Positions 28,719 to 43,175 of a stretch of 64,000 nucleotides of DNA are shown here, piece after piece. The notes under the pieces were generated by a model. The model worked only from the letters and a program-made list of their open reading frames with translations. It was not told the origin of the DNA and searched no databases. The position numbers and the translations under genes were made by a program. How positions within the stretch are numbered: the first letter of the stretch is position 1; every line of letters begins with the position of its first letter. The stretch spans positions 1 through 64,000 of the forward strand of contig MU626330.1 of the NCBI GenBank assembly GCA_025603075.1, read 5' to 3'. Source of the stretch: Neoconidiobolus thromboides FSU 785. Its lineage: Eukaryota; Fungi; Entomophthoromycota.

Positions 28719-30593
28719 TTAATTAAGATCTAAATGTGTTTTCGTATTTTCATAAACGACATAAAAAATGGAAACTGATGGAACAACCTAATAATATATA
28801 TTAGTAACTTAATGACTGATAACTAAAAAGAACAAACTTTTAATAGTGTCGGTGTTAATCCTTTATAAAACCCTTTTAAAGCTTCCTTTTCATAAGTAAG
28901 CTGTATGGCATGGAAAGCATTTCTATAAACTTGGGGATGTGTTGGGGTTCCTTGGGCTTGTAGTCTATTCATATTTAAAATCAAGTCATAAACCTTATTA
29001 TTCTATTACCTTGTTCTAATTAATGAAAGAGGATAAACTGCAACTGCACCCAATGTTCCAGACATCATTCCACATGAAAGTGTAACAAGTGGATTGGGTC
29101 TAGTATCAGGAGGTAGTTGCTTATGCTTTAAATAACTTAATTTTAGAGTTTCAAATAAAGCCAAGTCAATAGCAGCAAATGGAAAAACACCAATTAAAGT
29201 TGGTGCAATCCCTTTAAACAAACCTCGTAAGCCATATTGTGCAGTTATGTTTTTACCAGTTTCTAAGACTGAACCAGGCTTTGATAATTCGGACATTCTC
29301 CTAGTTTTAATCAATTCTAATGGATAAATTAGTGTTTGGGAAGCAAGCCCTGCAATTCCACCAGCCAAAAGTCTATCGTAAGAAGTAAGTACTTCATTTT
29401 TGTTTCCACCTTTCAAATGTAATATATAAGATTTTGCTGTTTCAAAAGCATAAAATTTCATAGCTGATTCTGGGATAATTTTTACTATATTTAACCCATT
29501 ACCACGGAAGAAATTAAAAAAACCTCCTTCATTATAGAGTTGAAAGACTGCATATTTTACAGTTGTGATCCACCTAGTAATAGCAGAAACAAAGCTTCTT
29601 TTTGTTACTACAGTTGTGGTATTTTGAGTTGGAAAATTAGCACATGTTTGTAAATAAACCTTTAATCTATCTAAAGGTGCCGTAAAGGTTCTACTCACTG
29701 CTCCAGCAATACCACCTGCTAATAAATAATATACTTTTGACTTGAAATTAAATTGATTGCTGCTTATTACTGATATTTCGCCATCAAACGTCATTAAATT
29801 CATAGCTTGAGTATATTGATATATATTTTGAATAGTCAAATCTCTAGGTAAGAACTAAAAGGACAATTAAATTTTATATAAATATAAATGTTATATTTTA
29901 CTAATAAAAAATTTCTCCATTCTGCGAAATCGATAGAGCCATCCCCATCTGTATCCATTTTTGTTACAATTTCTTCTAATTCTTCGGGGTTTACTTCGAT
30001 ACCTATAACTATTATTAAAGTTGTTTTAAATAATTATAAACTATTACCTGCTCTTTTTAATGAAGAGGAAAGTTCTTGAGGTTGAAGCTTTAAGTCTTGA
30101 GATACATCAATTTGCTTAAAAAGATCCCATAAAGCAGCTTCTTGTGCTAAAACAAACCTTCTAAATTCAATATAATCTATTATGCCATCTCTTGAAGCAT
30201 CAGCTACTTTCAGTAGTTCATGGGCATAAGATTGAATGGGTATCCCAGGTGCTTTTGTAGATGAGCGTTCAAAATACCTATAAATGTGTTTTGAAGTAAT
30301 CCCATCACCTATTTTCTTTCCAGATAATTTTATTTCATTTTCTTCACCTTCAGTTAATTGGGTCATAAAGCCACGAAATAGTTGAATTATCCTTTCTTCT
30401 CTTTCTAATGCATTCTCATGATCAGGTGAAAATGGTGGAACTAAGTCCTTTTTTTTTAATGAAATTAACTTTTCTTCTCCTTTTCTTGATTCTAGTCCAG
30501 TTATTTGACTAATGTTGTTATCTATACAACTAGTATTAACATATTAAATTTATTAGATAAAAATAATAATATACTTTGTGGTCCAGCGCCCAT
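28719..30593 (-). CDS. SAL1: Ca2+-binding mitochondrial ATP-Mg/Pi carrier (SCaMC), multi-exon
   Basis: N-terminal EF hands (DTDGDGSI, DASRDGII, DVSQDLKL); carrier repeats AGAVSRTFTAPLDRLK, YPLELIKTR, YPLSLIRTRLQAQG. Confidence 0.92.
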
Positions 30594-31420
30594 GTTATTT
30601 AATAATAAATAATGTAAATTAAAGTTAAAATTTAAGATTGGAGGGGTAAAGTCTTTTTGAAATTTCTCCTCAAACATGAATAAACGGTTTTTTATGTTCT
30701 TTTACTTCAACTTTATTAATGATCAAAGAAAGTTAACTGTAGTTTTTTATATTTATATTTTTGAGTTTTTTTGATAAATTAGGGATTGAATTTTTAATTT
30801 ATGATTGATCCCAAGATCTCAGATTAATAACACAACCTAATGGTAATTTAATTGATTGGCTATTCTCATAAAAATAAAATTTATTTAATCATAATGAATT
30901 TATCTGTATAAATAATTTATAAATGATTACAAGTCAGCTTACTCTTTTTAATTTTGTATAAATTTATTAACAAAATAATAAGTTCAAAAATTAAAATAAA
31001 AATAAAAAATACTTTTTAGTTTTATTTAATCTTTAAAATAATGGTCAAAGTTATTATTATTATTTTAACCAAAATTAAAATTGTTTTAGGTTTTGATAGT
31101 ATTAACTTATAGACTATCATTTAAATTATGAAATAAAATTAATAGACATAATAATTTAAAGAATTTATTTTTCTTTATTTTTTATTATGTAAAGGCAAAG
31201 TGTAACATTTGTTGATAATGAAAGTGAAGTTTATTATATTTAATAAATTTAATTTTAAATCATAAATTAACAATATGATTATTAATATCATATTATGACT
31301 TAAAAGATTTTATTTATTATCTTTATTAAAACTAATTTTAATAATGAAATCTTAAATTACTGTTTACTATTTAAGTTTAAGTTAAGCAGTGAGGATGTAA
31401 GTCGACATTTAATAAAATAA

Positions 31421-31469
31421 TAAAACAATAATAAAACAATAATAAAACAATAATAAAACAATAATAAAA
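31421..31469. repeat. 11-bp minisatellite (AATAATAAAAC) x~4
   Basis: Direct reading. Confidence 0.8.
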
Positions 31470-31526
31470 TTCAAATTGTGAATAAACGGCAAATAAATTT
31501 TTAGTTTCTATATTTTAATCAAATGT

Positions 31527-33205
31527 CTATTTTTTCTTATTGCTGTCCTTATTAACTTTAAACTTAAAAAACATCATATCCCCATCCTCTACAACATAAT
31601 CTTTACCTTTTTGATATTGTTTTCCAGCAGCTTTTACAGCAGATTCACTTTTAAACAAATACATAAGTTAGGTTTATTTAGACAAACAAAATTATTTTAC
31701 CTTCCGAGTTCTTTCAATTCATTGAATTTAATTACTTCTGCTGCAATAAATCCTTTTTCAAAATCACTATGTATTACTCCTGCTGCTTGAGGAGCTTTGG
31801 ATCCTTTCTGTTAATTATATCAAGTATTATTTTATATTATAGTAATTATAAATTTGTACCAAAATAGTCCATGCTCTAACTTCATCTGAACCAGCAGTAA
31901 AATAATGATCTAAATCAAGTGCAGAATAGCCACATTTAATTATATCAGATAATGCTGATTGAACTTCCATTTCTTTTAATTTGTTTTGCTTTTCTTCCGG
32001 ATTTAATAAGGAAAGCTATATATAAAATTAGAGTGTATAATATAATCATCTTAAAATGTTATACCTCGTGCTCTAATTGTGCACTAAACGTTATTAATTT
32101 ATCACCTGGGTTATTCTTTTCAATCCATGTTTTTAACTTACTTACCCTTAATATTCTTATTAATGTATATTATTAGATATTATACTATTTTACCATGGAT
32201 TATCACCAAGCATATATTCATCCACAGACAAATTTGCTAGATAAATAACTGGTTTCGCTGATATTAAATGCAATGAATTAATAAATTCAATCTATTTTAT
32301 AGAAATTATAATTCGATATAAATATTAGTACAATACTTTTATTACCTCTTTGTTACTCCAGTCTCCTTTTCTAATATCCATTTCTTTATTTTCAACCCAA
32401 TCTAATAATTTTTCTGTAATTTCCTATAACAATTATTAAACAATTTAATTTATTTATTTCAATCTTACAAGTTCATCTTCTCCAATTTTTTCTTTCTTCT
32501 TTATTTTTTTGATAGTTTCAATATGTCTAGTAAGATATTCCATATCTTTAATTCTTAATTCATTATGTATAATATCTAAATCTCTAGTTGGATTAATTTT
32601 ATCTTCAACATGAATAATATTTTCATCTTCAAAAGATCCTAAAATACTTTAATAAGCTGATCAATTTATATATTGGTTGTTCACTTACTACAAACGTGAA
32701 AGATAGCATCTACTGATCTAATATGGTTTAAAAATGCATTTCCTAAACCTGCTCCATTAGCTGCTCCTTTTACTAAACCAGCAATATCTATGACAGTCAA
32801 ATAAGCAGGTATTTTGGATTTTGGATTATAATGTTGGCATAACCAATCAAATCTTTCATCTGGTACTGCTACTCTTGATTCAGCAGGATCTAAAATTTAC
32901 TTATAATAAATGTTGATTTCAATAACTAGATTCATACCAATAGTGCAAAATGGAAAATTTTCAGCAGGTACTGAAGACTCTGTTATAGCATTAAAAAACG
33001 TAGATTTGCCGACATTTGGTAAACCAACTACACCAATTTTAAGGTTATTACTTGGTCTACCTAACCTTAATTTTACTTCTTCGTTGATTATTTCTCCTTT
33101 CCTTTGTTTCTTGGAAAAATTTATTGAAGTATTGGACAAATGACGTATCAAAAAGGATTGTTTTGTATTTATTATAGTATATGTTTTAAATCTATTTAGT
33201 AGCAT
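31527..33205 (-). CDS. OLA1: Obg-like ATPase OLA1/YchF with N-terminal extension, multi-exon
   Basis: [42 protein letters not shown]-term [12 protein letters not shown]; ATG at 33205 (ORF track starts at an upstream TTG). Confidence 0.92.
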
Positions 33206-33328
33206 CCTTATTAATATCGAGATTGTTAGAAAAAAATAAGATACAACTTTAGCCAATAAAAATTATGTAAACTTATAAAATAAATGCTTTAAATTTTTTA
33301 TTGCTTCTTTATTGTCAAAAATCATAAA

Positions 33329-34021
33329 ATGGAGGAAGAAGCAAAAAGAAGAAAAGAAAGATTAGCTAAGCTTAAACAAAAGACACTAGCAAATAGAAAA
33401 AATGATGATGATAATGAAGAAAAGTAAAATATATATTAATATAATAAGTTATGATTTATTGTTTTAGGCCAGTATTAAGGTTTAGAAACTTTGAACCAAC
33501 AAGTGAATTATTAATACAAAAGAGTAATTTAAATTCAACAGAAGAGAATACAAATGAAGGAAATGATTCTGAAGTCAAAATAAGTAAAAAAAGAGAAAGC
33601 GAAGGTATATTAAATGCAAAAACAGTAGAGGAAGAAGTAAAGGGGATAACTGATAAAATAATACAAGAACAAAAGATAAAGATGGAAGAAGAAGTGGTAA
33701 TAGTTATGATAAAATGATTATAATTTGCAAATTAATATTCTTAATAGAATTTAACTAATTTAGCACCATCAAAACCAAATTGGGATTTGAAAAAAGATAT
33801 TATGAAAAAATTAAATAAGTTAGAAAACCAAACTCAACTCAAAATACATCAAATTGTTCGTAAGTTTTTTATTTAGAATAATTTAATTTTCTCTTATATT
33901 TAATTTAGGTGATAGAATTAAATCAAATAATAACAGTAAACAATCAAATACTTCATTGTTAGAAGCCATTAACACGCAAGTACAACTAGACCAAAAGGAA
34001 AGTGAGCAAGAAGAAGATTAA
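33329..34021 (+). CDS. CWF18: Spliceosome factor Cwf18/CCDC12, multi-exon
   Basis: MEEEAKRRKERL, LRFRNFEP, NLAPSKPNWDLKKD. Confidence 0.88.
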
Positions 34022-34191
34022 AATAAATTTTTTTAAATTTAAGAAATAAATTACTTTTTTTATCATTAATTTTTATATACAGTTATAAACAATTAGGAAC
34101 AAAAAATAAGGAAAGAATGAACTATAAAACAACTTGATTTTATTACATCTTAATAGCTATAACTATAGTTTAGGACTAAAATCAAATTCAT

Positions 34192-37100
34192 TTAATCTTT
34201 TTTTTGATATACTTCAAGTGGAATAACAGATTTAGGAGCAGGAGAAAGTTCTTGGGAAGCAATCCAAGCAACAAGGTCTTCAATAACTTCACCACAATCT
34301 TTAAGAGTAAAATTCAATTCGTTATCTTTTTTAACTTTTTGAGACACCATATGAATTGAAATTTTACGTCTGTTTGGTGCTTCACGAATAACACAGTTTT
34401 TAATCATACTAATAAGCTTATCTTTATTTACTTTACGTAAAATAGAAACAACAGATTCGGCTATTAAATAAAATTGAAATCAATATTTTATTAATACTAT
34501 ATAAAAATAAAATTACCTTCATCAAAATCACAAAAATCAGTACTAATAGCATTCCATTTACGATTAGCATATCTTGGTAGATTGTCGTCTTTTTTGAGTT
34601 TGTTAATAATCAAACCTTGTACTTTATTGTTAAATTCTTCTTCAGTATAATTTTCTACAATTTTCTATAATTACTTAATAAATAAATGAATAAATAAATA
34701 TTAATTTTAAATTTACCAAAAAATTTTCCAAAAAATTTTCAATCCTAGATTCTAAGTAAATCGGATCTCTTTCACTTTGAATAATAATACGAATACCACC
34801 TCTACAAGCTAAAGAACGATCTCCACCAAATACAATATAGCCTAATTGTTCAACAGTACGCAATTGATTAAAAGCTGGTTCACTAATTAAATACCCAATA
34901 AGTTCAGAATAACTCCTTCGTTCTAAATCAAAATAAGAATATAAATCAAGATAAAATTCAATTGCTGAATCAAAAGTATCTGGATTAGATACTTGTTTTT
35001 GATGAACATAAGAGCAATTTGGTTTTGGAAGATAAACATTTCTTCTTGGTATTCTTTCTGCTGAATATAATTTATTAAATTTAAACAATTCATGAATATG
35101 TTTATAAATTTTAATTGAATCCTATAATCAAAATTATTATTTAGTCATTAATTAAAAAAATGATAATATAATATAATATAATATAATATGATATAATATA
35201 ACTTACTTCGGCAGTAAAGTTACCACAAATGAATGTATCCGTATAAGCACGAGAAAAGAATTCTTTTGTAAATTCTTTGACTTCATTAGAAGTAATAGCT
35301 ATAGATTGAAAATTTAATATAGTTTATATAAATTATATAAATTATTACATGGTGCTTCAATGTATTTTTCATCATCAGTCCATGCTTTCTCACATAAAGC
35401 ATAATGAGTATAATAAGCTACATGATTATAGGGTGCATTTAACTTAGAATTAAGCAACGTTCTTAAATACTAATAATATTATTTATTATATTTAAATTAA
35501 TAATTGATAATATTGAACTTACTTTTTCTTTACAATTATCAAATATTGCTTCATTAATATCAAATTGAGTTATATGTTTAATGACTTCTAATAATAATGT
35601 CTCAAGTTTATGGCTATAACCATCAACACCTATACTTAATCCATTATATCGATTAGATAAACTATAGCTTAATCCTGCAATTGAAGCATCATAACTGAAT
35701 TCATTTAAATTTTCAGTTAATATTAATTTTAATAACTCTAAACAACAAAAGTGTCTTGGAGATGTATAAACAAATGGATTTTTAACAAATAAAGATAGGC
35801 TTGCTTTTGGTACTTTAAATTTACTACTACGATCATACCATAAGCTACCATTTTCATCCTTTATTAATAATAATGGGTTCTAAATTACAACATATCAGAT
35901 ATAAATTATTATTATAAATTATTACTATAAATTATTACCTTTTGATTTGAAACAAATTCAGTTGATAAATCAAAATTGGTAGGTATAAATGGATTTGATT
36001 TAGGTAGATAAAGTCTTGAGTTTAACTCAATTGAATTTAGTTCCTATTAAAATACAATATTAGCATATTAAATGTATATAAAAAAATTTGTTCTTACTTT
36101 AATAAAATCATTGTCTAACTTTTCAATTGCATAATTTGTACCATACCAAGCCTCTTGCTTTAAATCTTTTCTATCTTTAACTGATTTTGAGACCACAGTA
36201 ATCCTATTAAATAATAAAATGTAAATAATAAAATATAAATAGCAACAAATAGCAACAAATAGCAACAAATAGCTAATTACATCAATTTTTCTGGCTTAAA
36301 ATAATTCAACAATTCATTTACTGCTTCTGGATCATATTTCTTTAATAGGCTAGAGCTGCATAAAACTTCATTTGCTGGAAATGGACGATGAAGTCTATTT
36401 GCTAACCTTGAAACATAACTAGATACATTAGATTTTTCTTGAAATTTGAAATTAGCCTCATGAATTGATTGTATCTAAAAAACAATATCATTAAACGTTA
36501 CTTATGATAGCTACCAATTATTATATTACTTCTTTAAAATGACTTTCATTAACTCCTTCATGGGAAAGTAATTTGATATATTGATAAATTATTTTAATTA
36601 TATTTTCAATATTTTCTATTTTGATAAATTAATAAATTATCATAACTTATTGCATTAAATTACCTAAGCCAGATACAGTCAATTCAACTTCAATTTCAAA
36701 AAAACAAAAGGCAGGGTTATTATGCTGTGAACCAGCATAAAGTGAAGTTACCCAACTCTTTTCTTTTAATAAAGATAATATAGAGCCTGGTCCTTCATGA
36801 CCAATAAAGTGAGATAATATGGTTGCAGGCTAAAGTTTAATTATTATATTATATTATATGAGTAGAAATAAGTTACTCTTGATTCGTAATTATTAGTTTG
36901 CGAGGGAATTTCAAAAGATAATGAAAGGCTACGTGTATCTTTAACTGGTACAACATATACTTTAGTCTAATAAAATAGTTATAATGTAAATATGAATTAT
37001 ATAAAGAGTATTAAAATTGAATTACATTAAAATGTTCTTGTGGAGTTGGAGAGTCGAAATGAATTGGTGGTTCAATATTGAGATTTCTAACTAATGAGAA

Positions 37101-38098
37101 ACGAGGAATTACCCATTCAGTTAATTTATCAAGGGATTCTTAATAAAATTAGTATTTATCATTAAAATATTATATTATATTATTTGATTACCTTTTCCAC
37201 TTACAACGAGTTTCATGATATTTGATGAATAAAATTTATTATAAAACTTTAATAACTCTTCTCTTGTATCAATTCCTTTTGATTTTGGTTCTTCGAGTAA
37301 AGTATCCAAATTACCTATTAAAAATGAATGAGTTTCTATCATAAACTAATATACAACAATTAAAAATACCTGTAGAAAAGCGTGAAAATGGATGGTCTTT
37401 TTTACTAAATGATTTATGAAGTTGCATAAATCTCCAACCGTCATTTTGTAAATTCTTTTTATTTTCTAAAGTTTATAAATTATTATTTTATCCTTATTAT
37501 TTTATAAAAATAAAATACCTGAGTCTACTGCTTTGATTTCTCTTTCAGTACAGCTTGCACTAAAAAGCGAAGAAATAAAGAATTGAGAGAATCTATCAAG
37601 TCATTTATTCATTATTATTAATGTTATATAATATCAAGTAATTACTTATCCAAAGCACCTTCAAGATGGTTGGGACCTACTTCAAAGTAATAGTTGGTAT
37701 GATCATAAGAAGTATAAGCGTTAGAATAACCAGAATTCTCAGCTAAATACTTTAAATACTATTAGTTCCTAAACTACATTTTATTATATTATTTTTATTA
37801 CCTCTGAATAATCATTTTCTTTTGGATATTTTTCTGTTCCCATAAATAACAAATGTTCACAAAAATGAGCTAAACCTGGTAATTCAACAGGATCATTCTG
37901 GGAACCAACATGAACATCTAAAGAAGCGGCTGCTTTATCACCATTTGGATCTGAAATTAATAATACAGTCAAGTCATTGTTTAATATGATATATCGATAT
38001 TCTCTATCATCTACTGAACTTTTAATAACTGGTTCAGTAAGCTGTTTATATGATAATTCGTTGTTAAATTCTTTAGCTTCAAAGTTATTGGAAGTCAT
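34192..38098 (-). CDS. IDE: Insulin-degrading enzyme / M16A insulinase, multi-exon, paralog B
   Basis: HFCEH motif, [27 protein letters not shown]; exon structure parallels paralog A where compared. Confidence 0.95.
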
Positions 38099-38263
38099 GT
38101 TATTTTTTTACTTTTTTAAATAAAAAACTTTATTAAAATTTAAAATTTAATTTAAACTTTTAATTTGATGACGCAGTATTTAATAAAATTTTCATTAAAA
38201 AATTGATGTTTATAAAATATAATTCAATAAAATAAAAAACTAATATAGATAAAATTTATTTAA

Positions 38264-39449
38264 TTAAAGTTTATTATTAATATTATTATAAACTTCATTT
38301 TGATCACCAACAGTGATAACCACTTTAGCATAAGATTTACGATCTTTTAAAAGAGATAATGCTTGTGGTGTTTCAGAAATATCAAAAATGTCTGGATAGA
38401 TTAAAGGAATAAGTTGTTTATCAGTTAACCATTTTAAAATTTGAGTCCAAATTTCAGGTATAACTTTAGGTTGATGTTGAGTATAAGCACCCCAATGTAA
38501 ACCAACAATTGAAATATTTTTTAACAAAATACGATTAGTTTGAACAGCTTCATGTTTCCCAATAGCAAACCCAATGACAATAATTTTACCACTAAACTTT
38601 AGGCATGAAACAGAATCATTGACCAATCCAACAGGATCATAAACACAATCAACTCCTTTTTTATTTGTTATTTCTTTAACTTTATTAATCCATTCTTTCC
38701 CTTCAGTTTTAATATTAACAATATAATCTGCTCCATAATCTTTAACTATCTTTAATTTATTATCATCCGTTCCTGTAGCAATAACTGTAGCGCCTAATAA
38801 CTATATATTCTTTAATATTTGCTATATAAATAAATAAATGGTTTACTTTTGCCATTTTTACAGCAACAATACCGACACCACCAGTTGAACCATGAATTAA
38901 AATACTTTCTCCTATTAAATTATTAACTTCAAGTAATCTAATATTACTATTAATAATAATTACCTTGTTTCAATTCAGCCCTTAATTTAAGAGCAGATAA
39001 AGCAGTGGGATAAGTAATAAATAAACCAGAACCTTGAATATAACTTAAGTTATCTGGTAAATGAAATAAAGCCTTTTCATTAATAGCTATATATTCAGCA
39101 TTGGCGCCTAAGCCACATCCAAACACCCGATCTCCAACTTTATATTTTTTACTATTTTTAACCTGTGTTACTATTCCTGCAAACTAATAAATAAATAACA
39201 TATACATATAATAAGATGCTCAATAGAATGACTTACCTCAGTACCCAAGATAAAAGGAGCTTTTTGTTTAATTTGATAAGTTCCTTTGATCATCAAAATA
39301 TCATAAAAATTCAAACCACATGCTTTGATTTTTACTAACACATCTCCTTCTTTTTTTAATTCTGGTTTAGCTATATCTTGATATTTAATATCCTTAATAT
39401 TGTCACTTAATTTATCAACTATAATAGCTTTCATTTTATAATTTTTCAT
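38264..39449 (-). CDS. NADPH:quinone oxidoreductase (zeta-crystallin-like MDR), multi-exon
   Basis: VKIKACGLNFYDILMIKGTYQ; HGSTGGVGI; GVDCVYDPVG; NRILLKNISIVGLHWG. Confidence 0.9.
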
Positions 39450-39843
39450 AAAACAAAAAGTCCAAAATCTGATTTTTTTGTTAATATATTTTTAAATTAT
39501 CAGGTGACATAATGAATTGAAGTCATTTTAATTCAAAAACTATTGTTTTCATATGGTTTATTTTAATATGCTTAATAAACAATATTTAAGCATTATCCGA
39601 GAGTGCGCGGCAAAGTTAAAGCGACAGTACATTTGATGAAATTTTAATGATATTTATATGTTTTTGAAATGTTAGTGATTTTGTAAAATCTGCTATTTCT
39701 CTGAACTTTATTATACACTCAAAAACAGTATGGTATGGGCACCTTATAAAAAATCATTTACAATAAAAATTAAATAAATAATAAAAATAGTAAATAACAT
39801 AATGATACTTTATATTTTATTTAATAATCATAACAACAAACTA

Positions 39844-40681
39844 TTACCCTTTTTTAGCTGGTTCAACGTAATATGATACTGCTGGTTGAATTTTACCTAA
39901 TGCTTCACAAGCTTTAAGCCAATCTGGTTTAACAATGGCAACATTCCATTGTAAGGCTAACTCATAATTAGGTGATACTGTACTATTACACAATAAATCT
40001 GTAGTTTCAATCGATACTTCAGTCGACCATTTAGCACCAATCCTTTGGACACACTTTTTAAGTTCCTCAATCTCTAAGCTTGATAATGTAGAATCTAAGC
40101 ATACATTAATCCCTGATAAATTAGATAGTGTTAATGTACGTTCTTCTACTTTATTGGATGTATAAACTCCAGAAGATGTACTCATTATAATAGATAAATC
40201 ATATAATGTATCCATATCTAAACCAGATATCTTTAGTTTATTTCCTTGTGTTGGTAAAGAACTTGGCATCTTAATTCCTTTTTTGTAAACAGTAAATGAG
40301 CGTAAATCACAAGAAAATAATTCTAAAGGTTCCCATTCTAAAACAATAGAAGTTTGTGTAATTGCAGATATTTTAATAGCTGGTGGTTTGGGATAATGGG
40401 TTCCATATTGCAATAAAATTTCCTCTTGTAATTCCATAAATGAGTCCAATTTTTCTTTTTCTGTACCATATTCTCTTGATACTTGTACTTTAACTATAGC
40501 TCCAGTAGACACACCCTCAGGTAACAAAATAGAAGGAAACTCAATTAAATGATTATCTTCAGTTAATAAGATTGCCTATTTGAAACTAAGAATGAGTCAA
40601 TTTAAATAAAATTACAAATTAATCAATTACCAAACCAGCGTCTACTTTTCCAACTGTAAATAAGGAACTTGTTGAATCCAT
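39844..40681 (-). CDS. CHS5: Exomer subunit Chs5 (N-domain, FN3, BRCT), one intron
   Basis: FTVGKVDAGL / ILLTEDNHLIEFPSILLP; TQTSIVLEWEPL; WNVAIVKPDWLKACE. Confidence 0.92.
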
Positions 40682-41076
40682 TTTATATTTTATATTTTAT
40701 ATTTTATATTTAATGTATAATAATTTTATTTAAAAATAATCAATTTAGTTAATTCTTAATAAATTTATAAACACTAATTAATGACAAGTTCAACCAATGG
40801 TAAGACATTATGTTCCTATTACAACAACCAATCAATAAAGACACTCTGTAATCATTATAAAAATATTTTGTTATTATTTGTATAAGTAACGAGTCTTATA
40901 ATATTAATTATAATATATATTATTTATTTTTAAGTTTAAATGTTTTAATCCCTTTCTAGTTTAACAATATATAAATAAATTAATATAAAATATTGCTAAA
41001 TATAACGAAATATTACTGTTAATAAGAACTTTATTCAGTGTGTTTTTTTTACTCTTGAAAAATCAAACTTAAGTAT

Positions 41077-41180
41077 TTAGGAATGTGTTTTTGTATCAAA
41101 GAATTTTACTAACAATTTTTCCGCTTAAATAACGCTTAAAAAATGGAAAAAATAATGAAGTCAAAAAAAACACTCCCATT
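41077..41180 (+). mobile_element. MITE-like element copy
   Basis: AAGAATTTTACTAACAATTTTTCCGCTTAAATAACGCTTAAAAAATGG...CACTCCCA. Confidence 0.85.
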
Positions 41181-41230
41181 TTATTAACTAAGATAAAATA
41201 AAATACTTAAGTCAGTAAACTTAAGGGACT

Positions 41231-43175
41231 TCATCCAGTATGTTTAAACGCAAAAACGTTTATAGGCTTTTCTGGTGAGCTAACGATGTATAATTTTGAT
41301 TTAACTTCATTTTTGTCCTTTAATGTAAAACTAAAATTCCTAACTAATGAAGCAGTAGCTAAATAAAGCTCCATCCAAGCTAAGCTAAAAATAAATTAAT
41401 TCTTGATTATGTCTTATTTTATATTATATTACCTTCTACCTAAACACCCCCTTGGACCAACAGAAAAGGGATAAAAATTATCGTTCAATTTAAATTGGCC
41501 GTATTCATCAATCCAACGTTCAGGATCAAACAAATGAGGGTTTTCCCAATTATTAGTAGTATTGTGGAGCGCATTCATACTCAGCGAAACTGTGGTCTAT
41601 ACAAAAATGTATTAGCACAACCGATTATACCATTATTACTAAAATTACATTCTCAGGAAGAAAATAACCATCCACAATTCTTCCACCATTTGGTACACTT
41701 CTTACTAAACTGCCTGCTGTAGCTGGACGAATTCTTAAACTTTCGTAAATTACTGCTCGAAGATAAACGTTCTCTCTACATATATCATAATTTACTGCCT
41801 CTTTGTTTGGAAAAGTAGATATTAACTCCTCTTTGAGTTTATCATAAACCTCTGGATGTTTTGATAAAAGATAAAAAGTCCTAATTGATTAAACTTTAGA
41901 AATAAATTCCAAACTATAAATAAACATACCAAGTTAATGAATTGGAGGTTGTATCTGAACCAGCAATACTAAAAATTAGTTAGCTTATAGTAAATATGTA
42001 ATTAATGTACTACAGTTGAATTATAGACTCTTCTACAATTTCTTTTTCGCTAAGTTTTTTTCCAGTGTCTGGGTCGGAAGCATTAATTAAAGTATTTAAA
42101 ATGGTAACTCTATCCGAACACCCCTTTGCATTTTTAACAGCTTCATATGAAAACTAAACTAACGTAAATAACTTGATAAAAAACATAATTAATATTACTT
42201 TATAAAGTTGAGTTACACTTTCAAATTTATAATGTTTCAAAAATGGAAAGGGTCCAACCTAAATATTTATCAACAATGAATGAAATCTAACTATTATAAA
42301 ATATTACAAAAACAGCTATAACGAAGAAATTTTTAATCCATCCAATAACTGGATGATAACCATTCTTTAACATATCAAAGGATTTACCATATGCTACATC
42401 TCCAATTACATCCTAATAATAAGTTAAAATTAAATCAATAGCATAATAATATTATCGTTACAAATGAAAAGTAATTAAATAAAAGGCCAATATTGAAATA
42501 TTCTCCTTTCAAAGCCTTTTCTTCAATCTTGTTAACTAAAATATTGACATTTTGTTTTACCAGATACTCCACGTTTGATATAGTTTTATCCGAAAAACTA
42601 AAAGCAAGAATTTTTTTCTAAAAGTATACTTTTAGGCAAAATTCATTAATTTCACTAGATTATTTACTCTTTGACGATGGAACTCTTTGTCTCTAAATAA
42701 TTTATAAGTCACATCAGAAACGGCTCAAAAAAATCATTACCTAGTACTAAGGATAGTTTCCCCAACAACTTGAAAACCATTAGTTTTTCTACTTTTTGGA
42801 AAAGTATAAGTGGAATTAATTCGCTTTGCAGCTTCATCAGAGCAAAATGATATGCTATCCCAATCTATTAAACAGAATTGTTTAAAATTTCACTTAAAAT
42901 GATTTCAATGTTTTACTTAATCTAACAGCACTTCCGTATATTTCATGGAGTCCAGTTACATAGAGATGAAAAGTGCCGTTAAATAAATAATATCTTGGCA
43001 AAAAAGGAAAGATTTGATTAATTAATGGTCCAGGAATTTTTCTTAATGGACTAATATATAGATTGTATATTATCTAAAGATTCATTAATGTACAAATAGA
43101 GAAAAATGAGTATACCTTATAACACCAATAGACTAGTACAATAATGAGTATTAAATACACACTTATTATTTCCAT
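41231..43175 (-). CDS. Cytochrome P450, multi-exon
   Basis: N-terminal TM then LRKIPGP; I-helix AGSDTTS; ExxR (ESLR); heme motif FSVGPRGCLG. Confidence 0.93.

Noticed and set aside
39635-39705. TGATGA...CTGA resembling a box C/D snoRNA
   Set aside because: No convincing terminal stem or rRNA-antisense guide recognised.
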